This document shows, piece by piece, positions 44,649-55,522 of a stretch of 64,000 bases of DNA. The first letter of the stretch is position 1, and each line of letters opens with the position of its first letter. Made by a program: the position numbers and the translations under genes. Origin of the DNA: Acidobacteriota bacterium (lineage in GTDB: Bacteria; Acidobacteriota; UBA6911); assembly GCA_965249005.1 (NCBI GenBank), contig CBDFLD010000016.1, positions 342,264 to 406,263 on the forward strand, read 5' to 3'. The notes under the pieces were generated by a model. The model saw only the letters and a list, made by a program, of their open reading frames with translations, had not been told where the DNA came from and did no database searches.

Positions 44649-47192
44649 TCAGGGCTTGACCAGTGGAGGGATAGCAACCATGAAGTCTGAATCGTCGCTT
44701 CCGAAAACCTGGAACACAGAAATAGGGAAACCACTGGTGATGCAGATCGTTCCACCGTTTTGTTGCTGGATCGAGGGGATCAATTCGGGAAGGGTACGGG
44801 ACAATCGATTCCCGCTTTCGAGCCTTACCTTGGTCGAGCCGAGCAACTCTCCTGTGGGCGAGTTCGCTTTGATCTCAATCTCCACAAGCTCTCCACTGGG
44901 GTTGTATATCGCAATCCCTGTAAACAGACTCCTGGGAGGGCTCCCAAAGGCCCCCTGTGCGAAATGGGTAAACTTGAACTCTGTTCCCGTTGTGTCCTGG
45001 AGCGAATACGGAGTGAGGTATCTCCCGTTAGCAGCGTCGCCAAAAAGTAGGTCCGCAACAATGCCAGGAGCGTCCGCGGTCAAAGTGAGACTGCCAACAT
45101 GCAAATCCGGGTCCGTGATTGGATCCGGAAAGCCGAATAGCTCCTCGGGACCCCCAAAGAGTGTTTCATAGGGCTGTAGCGTCTTGACCAGCGGCTGTGC
45201 TCCCGCCGGGATGATCTCGGCATCGTCATCCTCGACAAATGCCGTGATGGTCACCGGGCCCGGCGAAGTGTTAGACACACTGAGGTGGGAGGATATTGGA
45301 GTGTCCAGCAACCCTGCCCCTCCCGTCGCATATTGAACCGAAAAAAAGGACGTACCGGGAAGCCCACGTGGGCTGGCGGGAATCATCGCCAAGGAATCTC
45401 CTTGCCGTACGACGGCAAGTCCCTGTACCGGAAGCGTCGACGTCAGCTCCAAGTACACGCCTTCCTTTGGATAAACGACTTGATTCATCACATCGGACAC
45501 GAGGCTGCGCAGCCGGCTTCTAGGCTCCAGCGTTCGAACCACATGGTTGAGCAGTCTTCCCGGGCCCTCCAGAGTTTCAGCGTACAGACGAAACGTCAGT
45601 TGAGCCACATCCGCATTGGGATTCACGACGATGATTTCCGTCGAAGTCTCGCCGCCGAAGCGCTCTACTTGTTCCGTGATCCGCGAAAAGCCAAGCCTCT
45701 TGCTCACCACGGTTTTTGCCAAGAACCCGTCCAGCTGAGATTGAGAAACCGTACCAGTCAGATACAACACAGAAATATCGTCAGCGAGAGTATAAGCTTC
45801 GATCCAGCCCTCGAGCAGGGCCTCCGGATCAAACCCAAAGACCTGAGCCACCGTGAGCGCCACGTTTTGACCTGCCGGAACCGTCAGCAAGAGTGGGTTC
45901 GTGGCGCCAGGCAGCAACCCTCCTGCGTTTCCTCTCGCGATGAATGCTATGTTCCCCGAATCGGCCCCGAAGTTCGAAGCTGCCAGCCCACTGTAATTGG
46001 ACGCGTCTTGTGTCAGGTGTGGGATGTAAATGGACCGAGGTTCCAGTGCGATGAGACTGACTTCATTGGACCCCAGATCCAAGGAAACAATGACCCCGCC
46101 GGGCTCATTGGCCGTAAGTACAGAAGGTTGCATCCCGACGAAAATGCGGGTTTTTTCCGACATACTCTCCAAATCGAATACGATCACCTCACCCGTCCCG
46201 TACGATGGGATGAATAGGAAACGGCTGTCGCTACTGAATACCGGAATCGAATCCTCGATGAAGTCCAAATCTTCGATGTCGATTTCACCTTCGGGGAGGG
46301 CTTCCGGAAGGCGGAGGATTGCAATTTCCTTGCTCGTGCTATTCATCACGGCGAGACGGCGACCGTCGGCCGACGAAACGACCTTGCTTGGGCCTTTCCC
46401 CTCACTGGAGCGGCTTCCAAGCAATCGACTCCTGAGATCGTAGACTGCGATTCGATCAGAGCCGAACAGAGGCGCAACAATTATGTTGCCGTTATCCGCA
46501 AACGCCACATTGTTGAACGCCGCACCCACGGATCCCGCTATCACGAAAAAATCTGTCACCCCGGCACTCAGAGTATCGATGATATACATACTGGCGGGCG
46601 CGCCGCCTATGGCGCCCGAGCAAAAGACAACAACCTCGCCGGCGGTCGCGAGTGGCGTCATGATATGGGGGCCCTCCCCCACCGGAATCCGACGAAACAG
46701 AGACGCATCCGTCGTAGAAACAACTAGCACCGAATTGGCCCCTGAGTCCGAAATGTAGAGTTGAATCTCATCGAGACTGAAGGCCATACCGCTTCTCTCG
46801 CTGAATCCCGTCGACGCGTAGGTGCTCTCGATAATTATCGACATCGTATCCGTAGCTACCAACGTCAGCTTCTGACTGGTCACTCCCAACGCTGCCAAGG
46901 TCGTGCCCGAGGGGCTCAGGGCAAGAGGCCCGACACCAGGGTCCAGTGCTACCGAGGCCAAGATCTCACCGGTCAAGGTCCGAAACTTCTGCACCAGCCC
47001 GCTTCCAGGATTTGATACATAGCCCACGGATCCCGAACCATCAAAGATGGTGCTCGTGCCAAGACCAAACATGCCCGGGGCCCCGGAAACCCTGGCGAGT
47101 TTCACCTGAGCCTGACCCGGCATGGAAGTTGCGATCAATGCGCAAAGCAGAAAAGAAAGCAAAATCGGAATATTCTTTCTCGAAAGAAACAT
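44649..47192 (-). CDS. secreted beta-propeller repeat protein (YVTN/NHL-like), function unknown
   Basis: It has a signal peptide (MFLSRKNIPILLSFLLCALIATSMPGQA). Repeated ~40-aa Gly/Ser/Val-rich beta-blades run through the ~850 aa. Confidence 0.5.
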   Translation of the reverse strand: MFLSRKNIPILLSFLLCALIATSMPGQAQVKLARVSGAPGMFGLGTSTIFDGSGSVGYVSNPGSGLVQKFRTLTGEILASVALDPGVGPLALSPSGTTLAALGVTSQKLTLVATDTMSIIIESTYASTGFSERSGMAFSLDEIQLYISDSGANSVLVVSTTDASLFRRIPVGEGPHIMTPLATAGEVVVFCSGAIGGAPASMYIIDTLSAGVTDFFVIAGSVGAAFNNVAFADNGNIIVAPLFGSDRIAVYDLRSRLLGSRSSEGKGPSKVVSSADGRRLAVMNSTSKEIAILRLPEALPEGEIDIEDLDFIEDSIPVFSSDSRFLFIPSYGTGEVIVFDLESMSEKTRIFVGMQPSVLTANEPGGVIVSLDLGSNEVSLIALEPRSIYIPHLTQDASNYSGLAASNFGADSGNIAFIARGNAGGLLPGATNPLLLTVPAGQNVALTVAQVFGFDPEALLEGWIEAYTLADDISVLYLTGTVSQSQLDGFLAKTVVSKRLGFSRITEQVERFGGETSTEIIVVNPNADVAQLTFRLYAETLEGPGRLLNHVVRTLEPRSRLRSLVSDVMNQVVYPKEGVYLELTSTLPVQGLAVVRQGDSLAMIPASPRGLPGTSFFSVQYATGGAGLLDTPISSHLSVSNTSPGPVTITAFVEDDDAEIIPAGAQPLVKTLQPYETLFGGPEELFGFPDPITDPDLHVGSLTLTADAPGIVADLLFGDAANGRYLTPYSLQDTTGTEFKFTHFAQGAFGSPPRSLFTGIAIYNPSGELVEIEIKANSPTGELLGSTKVRLESGNRLSRTLPELIPSIQQQNGGTICITSGFPISVFQVFGSDDSDFMVAIPPLVKP

Positions 47193-47257
47193 AGAGACCT
47201 CTGCCTTAGGAGTCACTCAGGATACCTTCCACATTTTACCATCTCATCTCATTCTTT

Positions 47258-47710
47258 TTATGTGCCGCCGAGACGCCTCCGGACTCCCTCGGACACCCTC
47301 TTGCCATCCACCGGTTTTCCAGAAAAGCGTGCCATCGCGGCCTTCATGACCCCACCCATATCTTTTAAGGACTTCGCACCAAGGGATTGTATGGTTTCGT
47401 CGATAACGCTTTCGATCTCCTCTTCCGACACCGCCTCGGGCAGGTACTCGTCGATCACCTCGATCTCATCGGATTCCTTCTTGGCAAGATCTTCTCGATT
47501 CCCCTTCTGGAACTGCTCTATGGACTCACGCCGCTGCTTCACGAGGCCCGACAGGACTCTCAGTATCTCTTCCTTGTCGAGTTCCCCTCGCCGTTCGATT
47601 TCTCGATTCCGGATGGCGCTCTTCATCATACGAAGAACGCCAACCCTTGTGGACTCACGCGCCTTCATCGCTAACAGGAGGTCCTCACTGATCTTCTCTT
47701 TTAGTGACAT
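47258..47710 (-). CDS. GatB/YqeY-domain protein
   Basis: MSLKEKISEDLLLAMKARESTRVGVLRMMKSAIRNREIE... is the typical YqeY N-terminus. Confidence 0.8.
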   Translation of the reverse strand: MSLKEKISEDLLLAMKARESTRVGVLRMMKSAIRNREIERRGELDKEEILRVLSGLVKQRRESIEQFQKGNREDLAKKESDEIEVIDEYLPEAVSEEEIESVIDETIQSLGAKSLKDMGGVMKAAMARFSGKPVDGKRVSEGVRRRLGGT

Positions 47711-47771
47711 TCTTTCACCGCTTGTTGGGCCTGATGCCCGTACTTTCGAGCTCGTAAGCCTGGACAGAAAC

Positions 47772-48578
47772 TCAAGCCGGGCCCGGAACCAGGACGGAGA
47801 GCATTTCTTGGTGGATTCTTCCGTTGCTGGCCACAGATTGCCGATCATAAACAGAACCGCGCTCCCCTCGGAAATTCGTCACGGTTCCCCCTGCCTCCCG
47901 CACCATGAGATACCCGGCGGCGCAGTCCCAGGGGCGGAGTTTGAGCTCCCAGAAACCGTCAAATCGGCCAGCTGCAACGTAGCACAGATCCAACGCCGCC
48001 GAACCGGCTCGCCGGATGGCGCGCGAGCGGTAGGCAAAGTCACGAAAATGATCGAGGTTGTTATCCTCACTTTCTCTCAGGTCATAAGGAAACCCCGTTG
48101 CCAGCAGACTCTCACCGAGTTGATTGGAAGAGGATACGTGAATCGCTTTCCCGTTGAGTTTCGCACCCCGATCTCGCTGCGCTATAAATACTTCGTCGAG
48201 CACTGGATTGTAAACAATTCCCCACGCGAGTTCCCGATCGATTTCGAGTCCGATGGAGACGCAGAACACCGGGAAGCCGTGAGCATAGTTCGTCGTTCCA
48301 TCCAGCGGATCGATAATCCAGGTGAAAGCTCCACGTTCAGCCTCGGGAAGACTTTCCTCCGAAACAATCGCGTGCTCCGGGAACGCCTTTCGAATACGCG
48401 AGAGGATAAGCGCCTCGGCCTTGTGGTCCACCTCCGTGACAAGGTCGATCTCACCCTTGTTGAAGATAGAGATCTCCGTTCCGAAATGCTCCATCAGAAT
48501 CCCGCCCGCCTTCACGGCAGCGTCAGTTCCCACCTCCACGAACCGCTCGATGTCGGTCGTCGGTCTAGTCTCTTTCAT
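47772..48578 (-). CDS. inositol monophosphatase-family protein (SuhB-like)
   Basis: WIIDPLDGTTNYAHGFP is the IMPase motif, with the second motif WDCAAGYLMVREAGG. Confidence 0.85.
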   Translation of the reverse strand: MKETRPTTDIERFVEVGTDAAVKAGGILMEHFGTEISIFNKGEIDLVTEVDHKAEALILSRIRKAFPEHAIVSEESLPEAERGAFTWIIDPLDGTTNYAHGFPVFCVSIGLEIDRELAWGIVYNPVLDEVFIAQRDRGAKLNGKAIHVSSSNQLGESLLATGFPYDLRESEDNNLDHFRDFAYRSRAIRRAGSAALDLCYVAAGRFDGFWELKLRPWDCAAGYLMVREAGGTVTNFRGERGSVYDRQSVASNGRIHQEMLSVLVPGPA

Positions 48579-49236
48579 CGATGTGAATCACCTCGACCCC
48601 CTTCGGGGGCTTGAACCTGAACTGCTTGTTGCTCAACTTCACGTTCGTCTTCAGATGCGAGAAGACAAACTCCGAGAAGTTGCCTGTGAGCTCTCGAATG
48701 ATAATCCGTCGAAGCTCGATGGTCTCTGCGTCACACTCGACAACCACGTACTCGTAGTCAGATTGAGCTTCCGTGGAAACAAGTCGAAGCATCACCGCAC
48801 CCTCCTGAGTCGGTGTAAACTCCGTCTCGGTCACTGCGCGAAACACGCTGGACAGCTCATCTTCTCCTAGTAGGATTTGCAGTGGAGTCCCCCGGAGGTC
48901 GGCAGGTACTACCGGGTGGACCATGACTTGACGGTCCGCAGGCGTATAGAGATATGTATTTCTGCCGTCGGCAACGAAGAGCTTGGACTCGGGCAGGCGA
49001 TACTCCCATCTCATGAGTCCAGGCTTCTTCATAAAAAACACACCGGATTCGACCTGCTCTATTCCCGGAGCGCTGTAAGACTGACGGAATTGCCCCGAAA
49101 CAGTCTCAGCAGACCCATAGCGCTGCTGGAGTTGACCCAGGACATCACGAAACTCGACCGTCTGAGCAGAGCCCAAAGACAAACCAAACAACAAAAGACA
49201 ACAGGGGGCGAACCGGTTCATTGCAAAGAGGCTCAA
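48565..49236 (-). CDS. LolA-like outer-membrane lipoprotein carrier protein
   Basis: It has a signal peptide. ...FRQSYSAPGIEQVESGVFFMKKPGLMRWEY... is the LolA-family fold signature. Confidence 0.65.
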   Translation of the reverse strand: MSLFAMNRFAPCCLLLFGLSLGSAQTVEFRDVLGQLQQRYGSAETVSGQFRQSYSAPGIEQVESGVFFMKKPGLMRWEYRLPESKLFVADGRNTYLYTPADRQVMVHPVVPADLRGTPLQILLGEDELSSVFRAVTETEFTPTQEGAVMLRLVSTEAQSDYEYVVVECDAETIELRRIIIRELTGNFSEFVFSHLKTNVKLSNKQFRFKPPKGVEVIHIDERD

Positions 49237-49721
49237 GATTTACGTGGCTCTTCCGCTTCCGGATTCTTGGCGGTGTCGACCAGAAGGAGACCGATCCCGA
49301 CAGTGATGGCACTGTCGGCCACGTTGAAGGTCGGCCAATAGAAGAAGTCCTTCAGGTGAAACTCCAAGAAGTCAATCACGGAACCATCGATCATCCTATC
49401 GGCAAAATTTCCAAGAATTCCGCCCAGAGTGATGGCCAGGGCAACCTGCAACAAGGTGCGGTTCAATGACATGCGAGTGCTATAGATAACGATGACCACG
49501 ACCGCCAGAGCCGCCATGGCCGAAAGCAAGTAGGGTTTCCAGACCGATTCAATATTCTGAAAGAGTCCAAAGGCCACTCCAGAGTTCTCGACATACGCGA
49601 GACGGAAATAGTCGGGAATGATTTCGATCGGAAGTAACTCTATGCTGGAGTGAATGAGCCACTTGGTCAGACAATCCAGCGAGAATACACCCAGCGCTAT
49701 GAGGTAAAAGCCAACTCTCAT
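49233..49721 (-). CDS. lspA: lipoprotein signal peptidase II
   Basis: 162 aa with four transmembrane helices. The conserved blocks are NSGVAFGLF and FNVADSAITVG. Confidence 0.9.
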   Translation of the reverse strand: MRVGFYLIALGVFSLDCLTKWLIHSSIELLPIEIIPDYFRLAYVENSGVAFGLFQNIESVWKPYLLSAMAALAVVVIVIYSTRMSLNRTLLQVALAITLGGILGNFADRMIDGSVIDFLEFHLKDFFYWPTFNVADSAITVGIGLLLVDTAKNPEAEEPRKS

Positions 49722-49770
49722 TTCCGGATCCGAGAGAATTCATCCCAGATGAGTAATAGAATCAAAGATC

Positions 49771-52584
49771 TCAAAGACTCCCGTTGACGGTTCGGACGAC
49801 CGGAGCACAACGCTCACACAGGGAGGAAAAATCATTGTCCGCACCAACCTTCGTGGAATAGTTCCAGCACCGGTCACATTTCTGACCGTCCGCCGGATTC
49901 ACTTCAATTCGGAGGCCGGAATCGTCGGTCGCGATCAACTCGACCTGAGAAACAATGAAGATATATCGAAGGTCTTCCAGATGTCGCTCGAGCAGGGGGC
50001 GAACGGACGAGCCGGCATGAATAATCAGCTTCGCTTCCAGAGGACTCCCGATGAGACCCGTCTTGCGTGCTTCCTCCAACTCCTTCAGAGCGATTTCCCG
50101 CACGTCACGAATCTTCTCCCATTCGCCAAGCAAGTCGCTGTCGGCCAGTTGCGCATCAACCTGGGGAAAAAGCTGCGCATGGACCGATTCCTTCTCGTCC
50201 CCTTCACGCATGACCGTCCAGACTTCCTCGGCTGTAAAAGGCAACATCGGTGCCATCAGGCGAGTCACGGCATCCAGTATGTAGTGCAGCGCCGTCTGAG
50301 CCGAACGACGGGAAGGTGATCGGGTCGCGTGCGTATACAGACGGTCCTTCAAGATGTCAAAGTAGAAGCTCGACATCTCCACCGTGCAAAAGTAGTACAG
50401 CGCACTGTACGCCTGGTGAAACTGAAAGTCTTCGTAACTCTTGAGGCATCGCTGGATGAGGATCGCCGTTCTCGCCAGGGCCCAACGATCTATTTCGAGC
50501 ATTTCGTCGTAGGCAACTTGATCCGCTGCCGGATCGAAGCGAGGATTCGACTTATCCAATTGGTTGCTGAGATTCCCCAGCACGAAACGGCAGGTATTCC
50601 GTATCTTCTTGTAAGCTTCGCTCAATCGATCCAGGAGTTCATCGAAGATCCGCACATCCTCGACGTAGCTGACGGAGCTCACCAAAAGTCTGGCTACCTC
50701 TGCCCCCCTCTCTTGCACAAGGGTGTTCGGATCTATGCCGATGCCCTTGGACTTGGACATGGCGCGTCCTTGCTCGTCCAACGTCCAGCCGTGTGTAATC
50801 GTGATCCGATAGGGAGCACGCTCCCGCAGGGCGACACCGATCAACAGCGAGCTCTGGAACCAACCTCGGTATTGATCCCCTCCCTCGATGTACAAATCCG
50901 CTGGCCATGGAAGATCCTCTCGGTCACCCAGCGTGGCAAGATGGCTGCTCCCTGAATCGAACCAGACGTCAAGGATGTCGAATTCCTTACGAAAACCGGT
51001 CCCGTGGCACTTGGCACAAAAAGCTCCCGCCGGGATCAATGCGCTTGCCTCTTTCGCATACCACGCATCGGCGCCCTCCGCCTCGAAGATGGTAGCCACA
51101 TGGTCGATGACGCTCTCATCCAACAGAACTTCGCCGCACGCAGTGCAATAAAACGCAACGATTGGAACTCCCCAGTCACGCTGTCTCGAGATGCACCAGT
51201 CTGGCCGGTCTTTCACCATGTGACCAATGCGTTCTTCCCCCCACTTCGGGATCCAACGGACGTCCTTGATCGCACCGAGCACTCTTTCCCGATATCCATC
51301 GTGATCCAGCGCCACAAACCACTGGGGCGTCGCTCTAAACAGGATCGGATTGTGGCAGCGCCAGCAATGGGGATATTGATGGTGAAAATCCTCGAAGTGA
51401 AGCAGCGCACCGTTGCGCCTCAAATCCTCCACGATTTTCGGATTTGACTCGCGTACATGCTGCCCGGCATAGCGATCCACCGAATTCACGAAGCGGCCCT
51501 CGTCGTCTACCGGACACAGAATATCCAGGCCATACTGGACTCCCGTCAGATAATCATCGTAGCCATGTCCGGGCGCGGTGTGAACGCAGCCCGTTCCCTG
51601 TTCCAAGGTAACGTAATTCCCCATCACCATCGTGGACTTGCGATCAATCAGAGGATGTGCGGCTTCCAGCCTGTCGAGCACTCGACCAGGGAATCGAGCC
51701 ACAACTTTTGGATCCGTCCAACCGAGCAATTGCGAGACCCGCTCGAGCAGATCCGATGCAATGATGTAACCTCGCCCTCCCACACGCACAGCGGCATAGT
51801 TGAGATCAGGGTGAAAGGCGACGGCAAGGTTCGCTGGAAGGGTCCAGGGCGTGGTCGTCCATATCACAACATACCAATCCTGACCGGCCAGCGCCGGATC
51901 GACCACCGACAAATCCGAACGAACCGGGAACGCAACGTAGATGGAGGGACTCGTATGCTGTTCGTACTCGACCTCGGCCTCCGCCAGGGCCGTCTTGCAA
52001 GAAGCACACCAATGGACCGGTTTCATGCCACGGTACACCAACCCCTTGCCGACCATCGCACCAAAAGCCCGCACTATCTCCGCCTGGTACGAGTGGTTCA
52101 TGGTCAAATAGGGATTGTCCCACTCCCCGAAAATCCCAAGACGTTTAAACCCCTCGCGCTGAACGGAGATAAAACGTTCAGCATATTTCCGGCAGGCCTT
52201 CCGGATCGCCACCTTGTCCATCCCCGCTTTCCGCTCCCCGAGATTCTCCTCGACTTTGATCTCAATCGGGAGACCATGGCAGTCCCAGCCGGGAACGTAA
52301 GGAGTGTCATAACCCATCATGGAGCGTGACTTCACAATGAGATCCTTGATGATCTTGTTGATCGCGGTCCCCATATGAATGGCGCCATTGGCATAGGGAG
52401 GTCCATCGTGGAGCACGAAAACGGGTTTTCCTTTGCGTGCCGCCCGGATCTGCCCATAAACATCCCCGTCGGTCCACCGCTTCAGCATCTTTGGCTCTCT
52501 TTGCGGTAGGTTCGCCTTCATGGCAAACGCCGTCCTGGGCAAATTGAGTGTGTTCTTGATCTGCAGGGTCTCCGGCACGCTCAT
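49771..52584 (-). CDS. ileS: isoleucine--tRNA ligase
   Basis: The HIGH motif is PPYANGAIHMGTAINK, the KMSKS motif is KMSKSKGIG, and the C-terminal Zn-finger is CDRCWN...CERC. The start MSVPETLQIKNTLNLPRTAF is at 52584. Confidence 0.95.
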   Translation of the reverse strand: MSVPETLQIKNTLNLPRTAFAMKANLPQREPKMLKRWTDGDVYGQIRAARKGKPVFVLHDGPPYANGAIHMGTAINKIIKDLIVKSRSMMGYDTPYVPGWDCHGLPIEIKVEENLGERKAGMDKVAIRKACRKYAERFISVQREGFKRLGIFGEWDNPYLTMNHSYQAEIVRAFGAMVGKGLVYRGMKPVHWCASCKTALAEAEVEYEQHTSPSIYVAFPVRSDLSVVDPALAGQDWYVVIWTTTPWTLPANLAVAFHPDLNYAAVRVGGRGYIIASDLLERVSQLLGWTDPKVVARFPGRVLDRLEAAHPLIDRKSTMVMGNYVTLEQGTGCVHTAPGHGYDDYLTGVQYGLDILCPVDDEGRFVNSVDRYAGQHVRESNPKIVEDLRRNGALLHFEDFHHQYPHCWRCHNPILFRATPQWFVALDHDGYRERVLGAIKDVRWIPKWGEERIGHMVKDRPDWCISRQRDWGVPIVAFYCTACGEVLLDESVIDHVATIFEAEGADAWYAKEASALIPAGAFCAKCHGTGFRKEFDILDVWFDSGSSHLATLGDREDLPWPADLYIEGGDQYRGWFQSSLLIGVALRERAPYRITITHGWTLDEQGRAMSKSKGIGIDPNTLVQERGAEVARLLVSSVSYVEDVRIFDELLDRLSEAYKKIRNTCRFVLGNLSNQLDKSNPRFDPAADQVAYDEMLEIDRWALARTAILIQRCLKSYEDFQFHQAYSALYYFCTVEMSSFYFDILKDRLYTHATRSPSRRSAQTALHYILDAVTRLMAPMLPFTAEEVWTVMREGDEKESVHAQLFPQVDAQLADSDLLGEWEKIRDVREIALKELEEARKTGLIGSPLEAKLIIHAGSSVRPLLERHLEDLRYIFIVSQVELIATDDSGLRIEVNPADGQKCDRCWNYSTKVGADNDFSSLCERCAPVVRTVNGSL

Positions 52585-52836
52585 ACTCCCATTTGTGCTT
52601 CGCTCCACGACAGCGAAAACGTATGATAGCAATTACTCTGCCAGCACAAAACACCAAAAGATAACATTTTCATGCGGTTGCGTCGATCCACGAGCCGTAC
52701 CGCAGCCCGGGAGCGTTGCACAATCGGTGGAACTCACTCCAGCGGAACTAAATCGCAATTCGTCAGGGAATGCTCGATCGGAGAGCTGCTTGGAAATGGC
52801 AAAGAGCGCAGGAATGCCAGGGTTGCGTGCCGGGAG

Positions 52837-53682
52837 TCAATACAGACGAAAGGACACCTCGATATTGGCACGGACGTCCACGGGCTGCCCGTTGTACGTG
52901 CCGGGCTTGAATCTCCATTTCGTTGCAATCGTGTTGATAGCGGATTCGTCCAGTCCGTAACCCAATCCCCGAATGACTTTGAAACCGTCCACCGTCCCAT
53001 CTTTTCGAACGATCGCCTGCAGCACCACCAGTCCCTCAACCCGCGCCTTGCGCGCCTGTTCCGTATACAAAGGAAGCGGTTGAACCAAAGGAACCGGCGG
53101 CCGGACTCCTCCGCCAACGTCGAGCACTCCGTCTTCGGGACCCCCAGGGCCTCTGCCGGCACCCGAGCCACTTCCGGCGCCCCCCGAACCCGGGGGGCCG
53201 GTGATCTCACCAATATGGAACTCCGCGCCAATCTGAGCAATGATCGCGGGCGTAGGATCCAGAACTACCTCATACAAGGGCTCCGGATCGTCGGGGGTGG
53301 GGTCCGGAAAAGGAATCGGCTTCGGTTTGGGCTTCGGAACCTCGATCTTCTTCGGCTGCTTGGGCTTGCCGCCACCGGCTCTCTTCGGTGGTCCCGCCAG
53401 AGGCCGCAGCGTCACGATGTTTTTCTGATCCGGCTGAAAGACGATGTCTCCAGCGGCAAACCGGACCACAAAGATGAGAAGGTGAAACAGCAAGGCGATA
53501 AACAGCGCTGCCCGCAACGCCCTCCTGTCATCGGCATCGCCGCCGTAGGCGTAGATATTGTATGGATCGGCGGTTCGGGGGGCCGTGTTATACGCGCGCA
53601 GCCCGACGAACTTGAGAAAAGCGTCCTGGTACTGGAGCCAGGTCTCCTTGAAACGCACTGAACTCACCAAGACAATCCTCAT
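52837..53682 (-). CDS. tonB: energy transducer TonB
   Basis: It has an N-terminal transmembrane helix, a Pro/Lys-rich spacer (KPKQPKKIEVPKPKPKPIPFPDPTP) and the TonB C-terminal domain ...ARKARVEGLVVLQAIVRKDGTVDGFKVIRGLGYGLDESAINTIATKWRFKPG. Confidence 0.8.
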   Translation of the reverse strand: MRIVLVSSVRFKETWLQYQDAFLKFVGLRAYNTAPRTADPYNIYAYGGDADDRRALRAALFIALLFHLLIFVVRFAAGDIVFQPDQKNIVTLRPLAGPPKRAGGGKPKQPKKIEVPKPKPKPIPFPDPTPDDPEPLYEVVLDPTPAIIAQIGAEFHIGEITGPPGSGGAGSGSGAGRGPGGPEDGVLDVGGGVRPPVPLVQPLPLYTEQARKARVEGLVVLQAIVRKDGTVDGFKVIRGLGYGLDESAINTIATKWRFKPGTYNGQPVDVRANIEVSFRLY

Positions 53683-53783
53683 AATATTTATAGCATACTA
53701 GCAAGAGTCCAAGCGACTTTCGTCAATGTAGACGCCGCCGCCGGAGAAATGTTTCATCCCTGCTGCCCTGACCCGATCGATTT

Positions 53784-55430
53784 CTACAAACCGAAGTCCC
53801 CACCAGCCCTTTCACGAAGGAGGTACTTTTGGATCTTTCCGCTCGCGGTCAGGGGGAATTCTTCCACGAATTTCAGGTATTTGGGGATCTTGAACTTGGA
53901 TATGTTGCCACGACAGTATTCCTTCAGCTCCTCCGCTTGGCAGTCACCGCCTGGCTTGAGTTTGACAGCTGCAGCCACTTCTTCACCGTACTTCTGACTT
54001 GCCACACCATAGACAGCTACGTCACTGACCGCCGGATGAGTGCGAAGATACTCTTCGATTTCCTTGGGATAGATGTTCTCCCCCCCCCGAATGATCATGT
54101 CCTTGATTCGACCCGTAATGACGACATAGCCTTCTGCGTCCATCGAGGCCAGGTCGCCGGTGTGAAGCCAGCCCTCCTCCGAAACAGCTTTCTTTGTCGC
54201 CTTTTCGTCACGGTAGTAGCCTTTCATCACATGGTATCCACGGGTAATGAGCTCCCCCTGAACTCCGGGAGGTTGCGCTTGCCCGGTTGACGGATCGACA
54301 ATTTGAACCTCGACTTCCGGCAAGGGAGTTCCGACCGTTGTGGTTCGCCGTTCCAGGGAATCATCGATCGATGTCATCGTCACACCTGGCGAGGCTTCCG
54401 TCAGCCCATAGACAATCGTCAGCTCCTTGAGGTACATACGATCGATGGCCTGCTTCATCAGTTCCCGCGGGCAGAGAGATCCTGCCATGATACCGGTACG
54501 CAAGCTCGTCAGATCGTAACGGCCGAATTCCTCATGCTCGAGCTCGGCAATGAACATCGTCGGGACGCCGTACAGTACCGTGCAGCGTTCGGTGTGAACG
54601 GCCTCCAACACCTGCTGCGCCTCGAAGGACTCCAGCGAAACCAAGGTCGTGCCATGTGTATAGGCTCCAAGGACTCCAAGCACACATCCGAAACAATGAA
54701 ACAGAGGCACAGTGAGGCACAGCCGATCTTGCGGGGCAAAGCGCAGCCCGTCGCCGATATGCGACCCGTTGTTGAGGATGTTGCGGTGACTGAGCATGAC
54801 GCCTTTTGGAAAGCCGGTCGTCCCCGAGGTATATTGCATGTTGATGACGTCGTCCAAGTCGAGGCTGCGCTCGCGCTCTGCGAGCGTTTCCAGGGAAACG
54901 GTTTCCGACGTGGCCAGGACATTTGGATAAGGCACCGTTCCCGCGGGCGCCTCTTGCCCCAGATAGATGATCCCGTGAAGATCGGGCAATTTCTTCGACT
55001 GCCACCGGGCCGTCCCGGCAGAGGACAGCTCGGGCACGATCGCTTGAATGTGAGACACGTAGTCGACGTCCCTGAAGCCCGGCGCCATAACCAAAGTGCT
55101 CGTTTCCGATTGACGGAGGAGATATTCGACTTCCTTTCGTCCCAGGGCCGTGTTCACCGTCACCAGAACGGCGCCGATCTTTGCGAGGGCAAACTGGAAG
55201 ACGATCCACTCCGGAACGTTTGGAGCCCAAACGGCCACGCGGTCCCCTTTGTGGATCCCGAGCGCCAGCAGTCCCCTGGCCAGCTGGACCGATTCCTTCT
55301 CCAGATCCAAGAAGGTCCACCGAAGGTTACAAGCCGGATGCACCAGGGCTTCGTGATCTCCAAGCCGGGCGGAAAGATCTGTCAGAAGGCGACCCAGAGT
55401 GCAGTCTTTGTAGGAGATTACTTCATTCAT
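53784..55430 (-). CDS. AMP-dependent acyl-CoA synthetase/ligase
   Basis: The AMP-binding motif is [18 protein letters not shown]. Further motifs are GYGLTE and ...TGDLA...[14 protein letters not shown]. Confidence 0.9.
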   Translation of the reverse strand: MNEVISYKDCTLGRLLTDLSARLGDHEALVHPACNLRWTFLDLEKESVQLARGLLALGIHKGDRVAVWAPNVPEWIVFQFALAKIGAVLVTVNTALGRKEVEYLLRQSETSTLVMAPGFRDVDYVSHIQAIVPELSSAGTARWQSKKLPDLHGIIYLGQEAPAGTVPYPNVLATSETVSLETLAERERSLDLDDVINMQYTSGTTGFPKGVMLSHRNILNNGSHIGDGLRFAPQDRLCLTVPLFHCFGCVLGVLGAYTHGTTLVSLESFEAQQVLEAVHTERCTVLYGVPTMFIAELEHEEFGRYDLTSLRTGIMAGSLCPRELMKQAIDRMYLKELTIVYGLTEASPGVTMTSIDDSLERRTTTVGTPLPEVEVQIVDPSTGQAQPPGVQGELITRGYHVMKGYYRDEKATKKAVSEEGWLHTGDLASMDAEGYVVITGRIKDMIIRGGENIYPKEIEEYLRTHPAVSDVAVYGVASQKYGEEVAAAVKLKPGGDCQAEELKEYCRGNISKFKIPKYLKFVEEFPLTASGKIQKYLLRERAGGDFGL

Positions 55431-55522
55431 GTTCGAATTGGATCCTCCGGGTTGGGCGCATCTGGGTTAACGCCACTCAAAAACCACGCCTCATCGGCCC
55501 CGGCTTCCCCCAATAGTCACCG

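Noticed and set aside
45285-46217. A 310-aa plus-strand ORF
   Set aside because: It is antisense to the 855-aa beta-propeller gene, which has a clear signal peptide.
47262-48614. A 450-aa plus-strand ORF
   Set aside because: It is antisense to the GatB/YqeY and inositol monophosphatase genes, and shows no motif.
52672-53661. A 329-aa plus-strand ORF
   Set aside because: It is antisense to tonB and the ileS-tonB spacer. The TonB C-terminal domain on the other strand is diagnostic.
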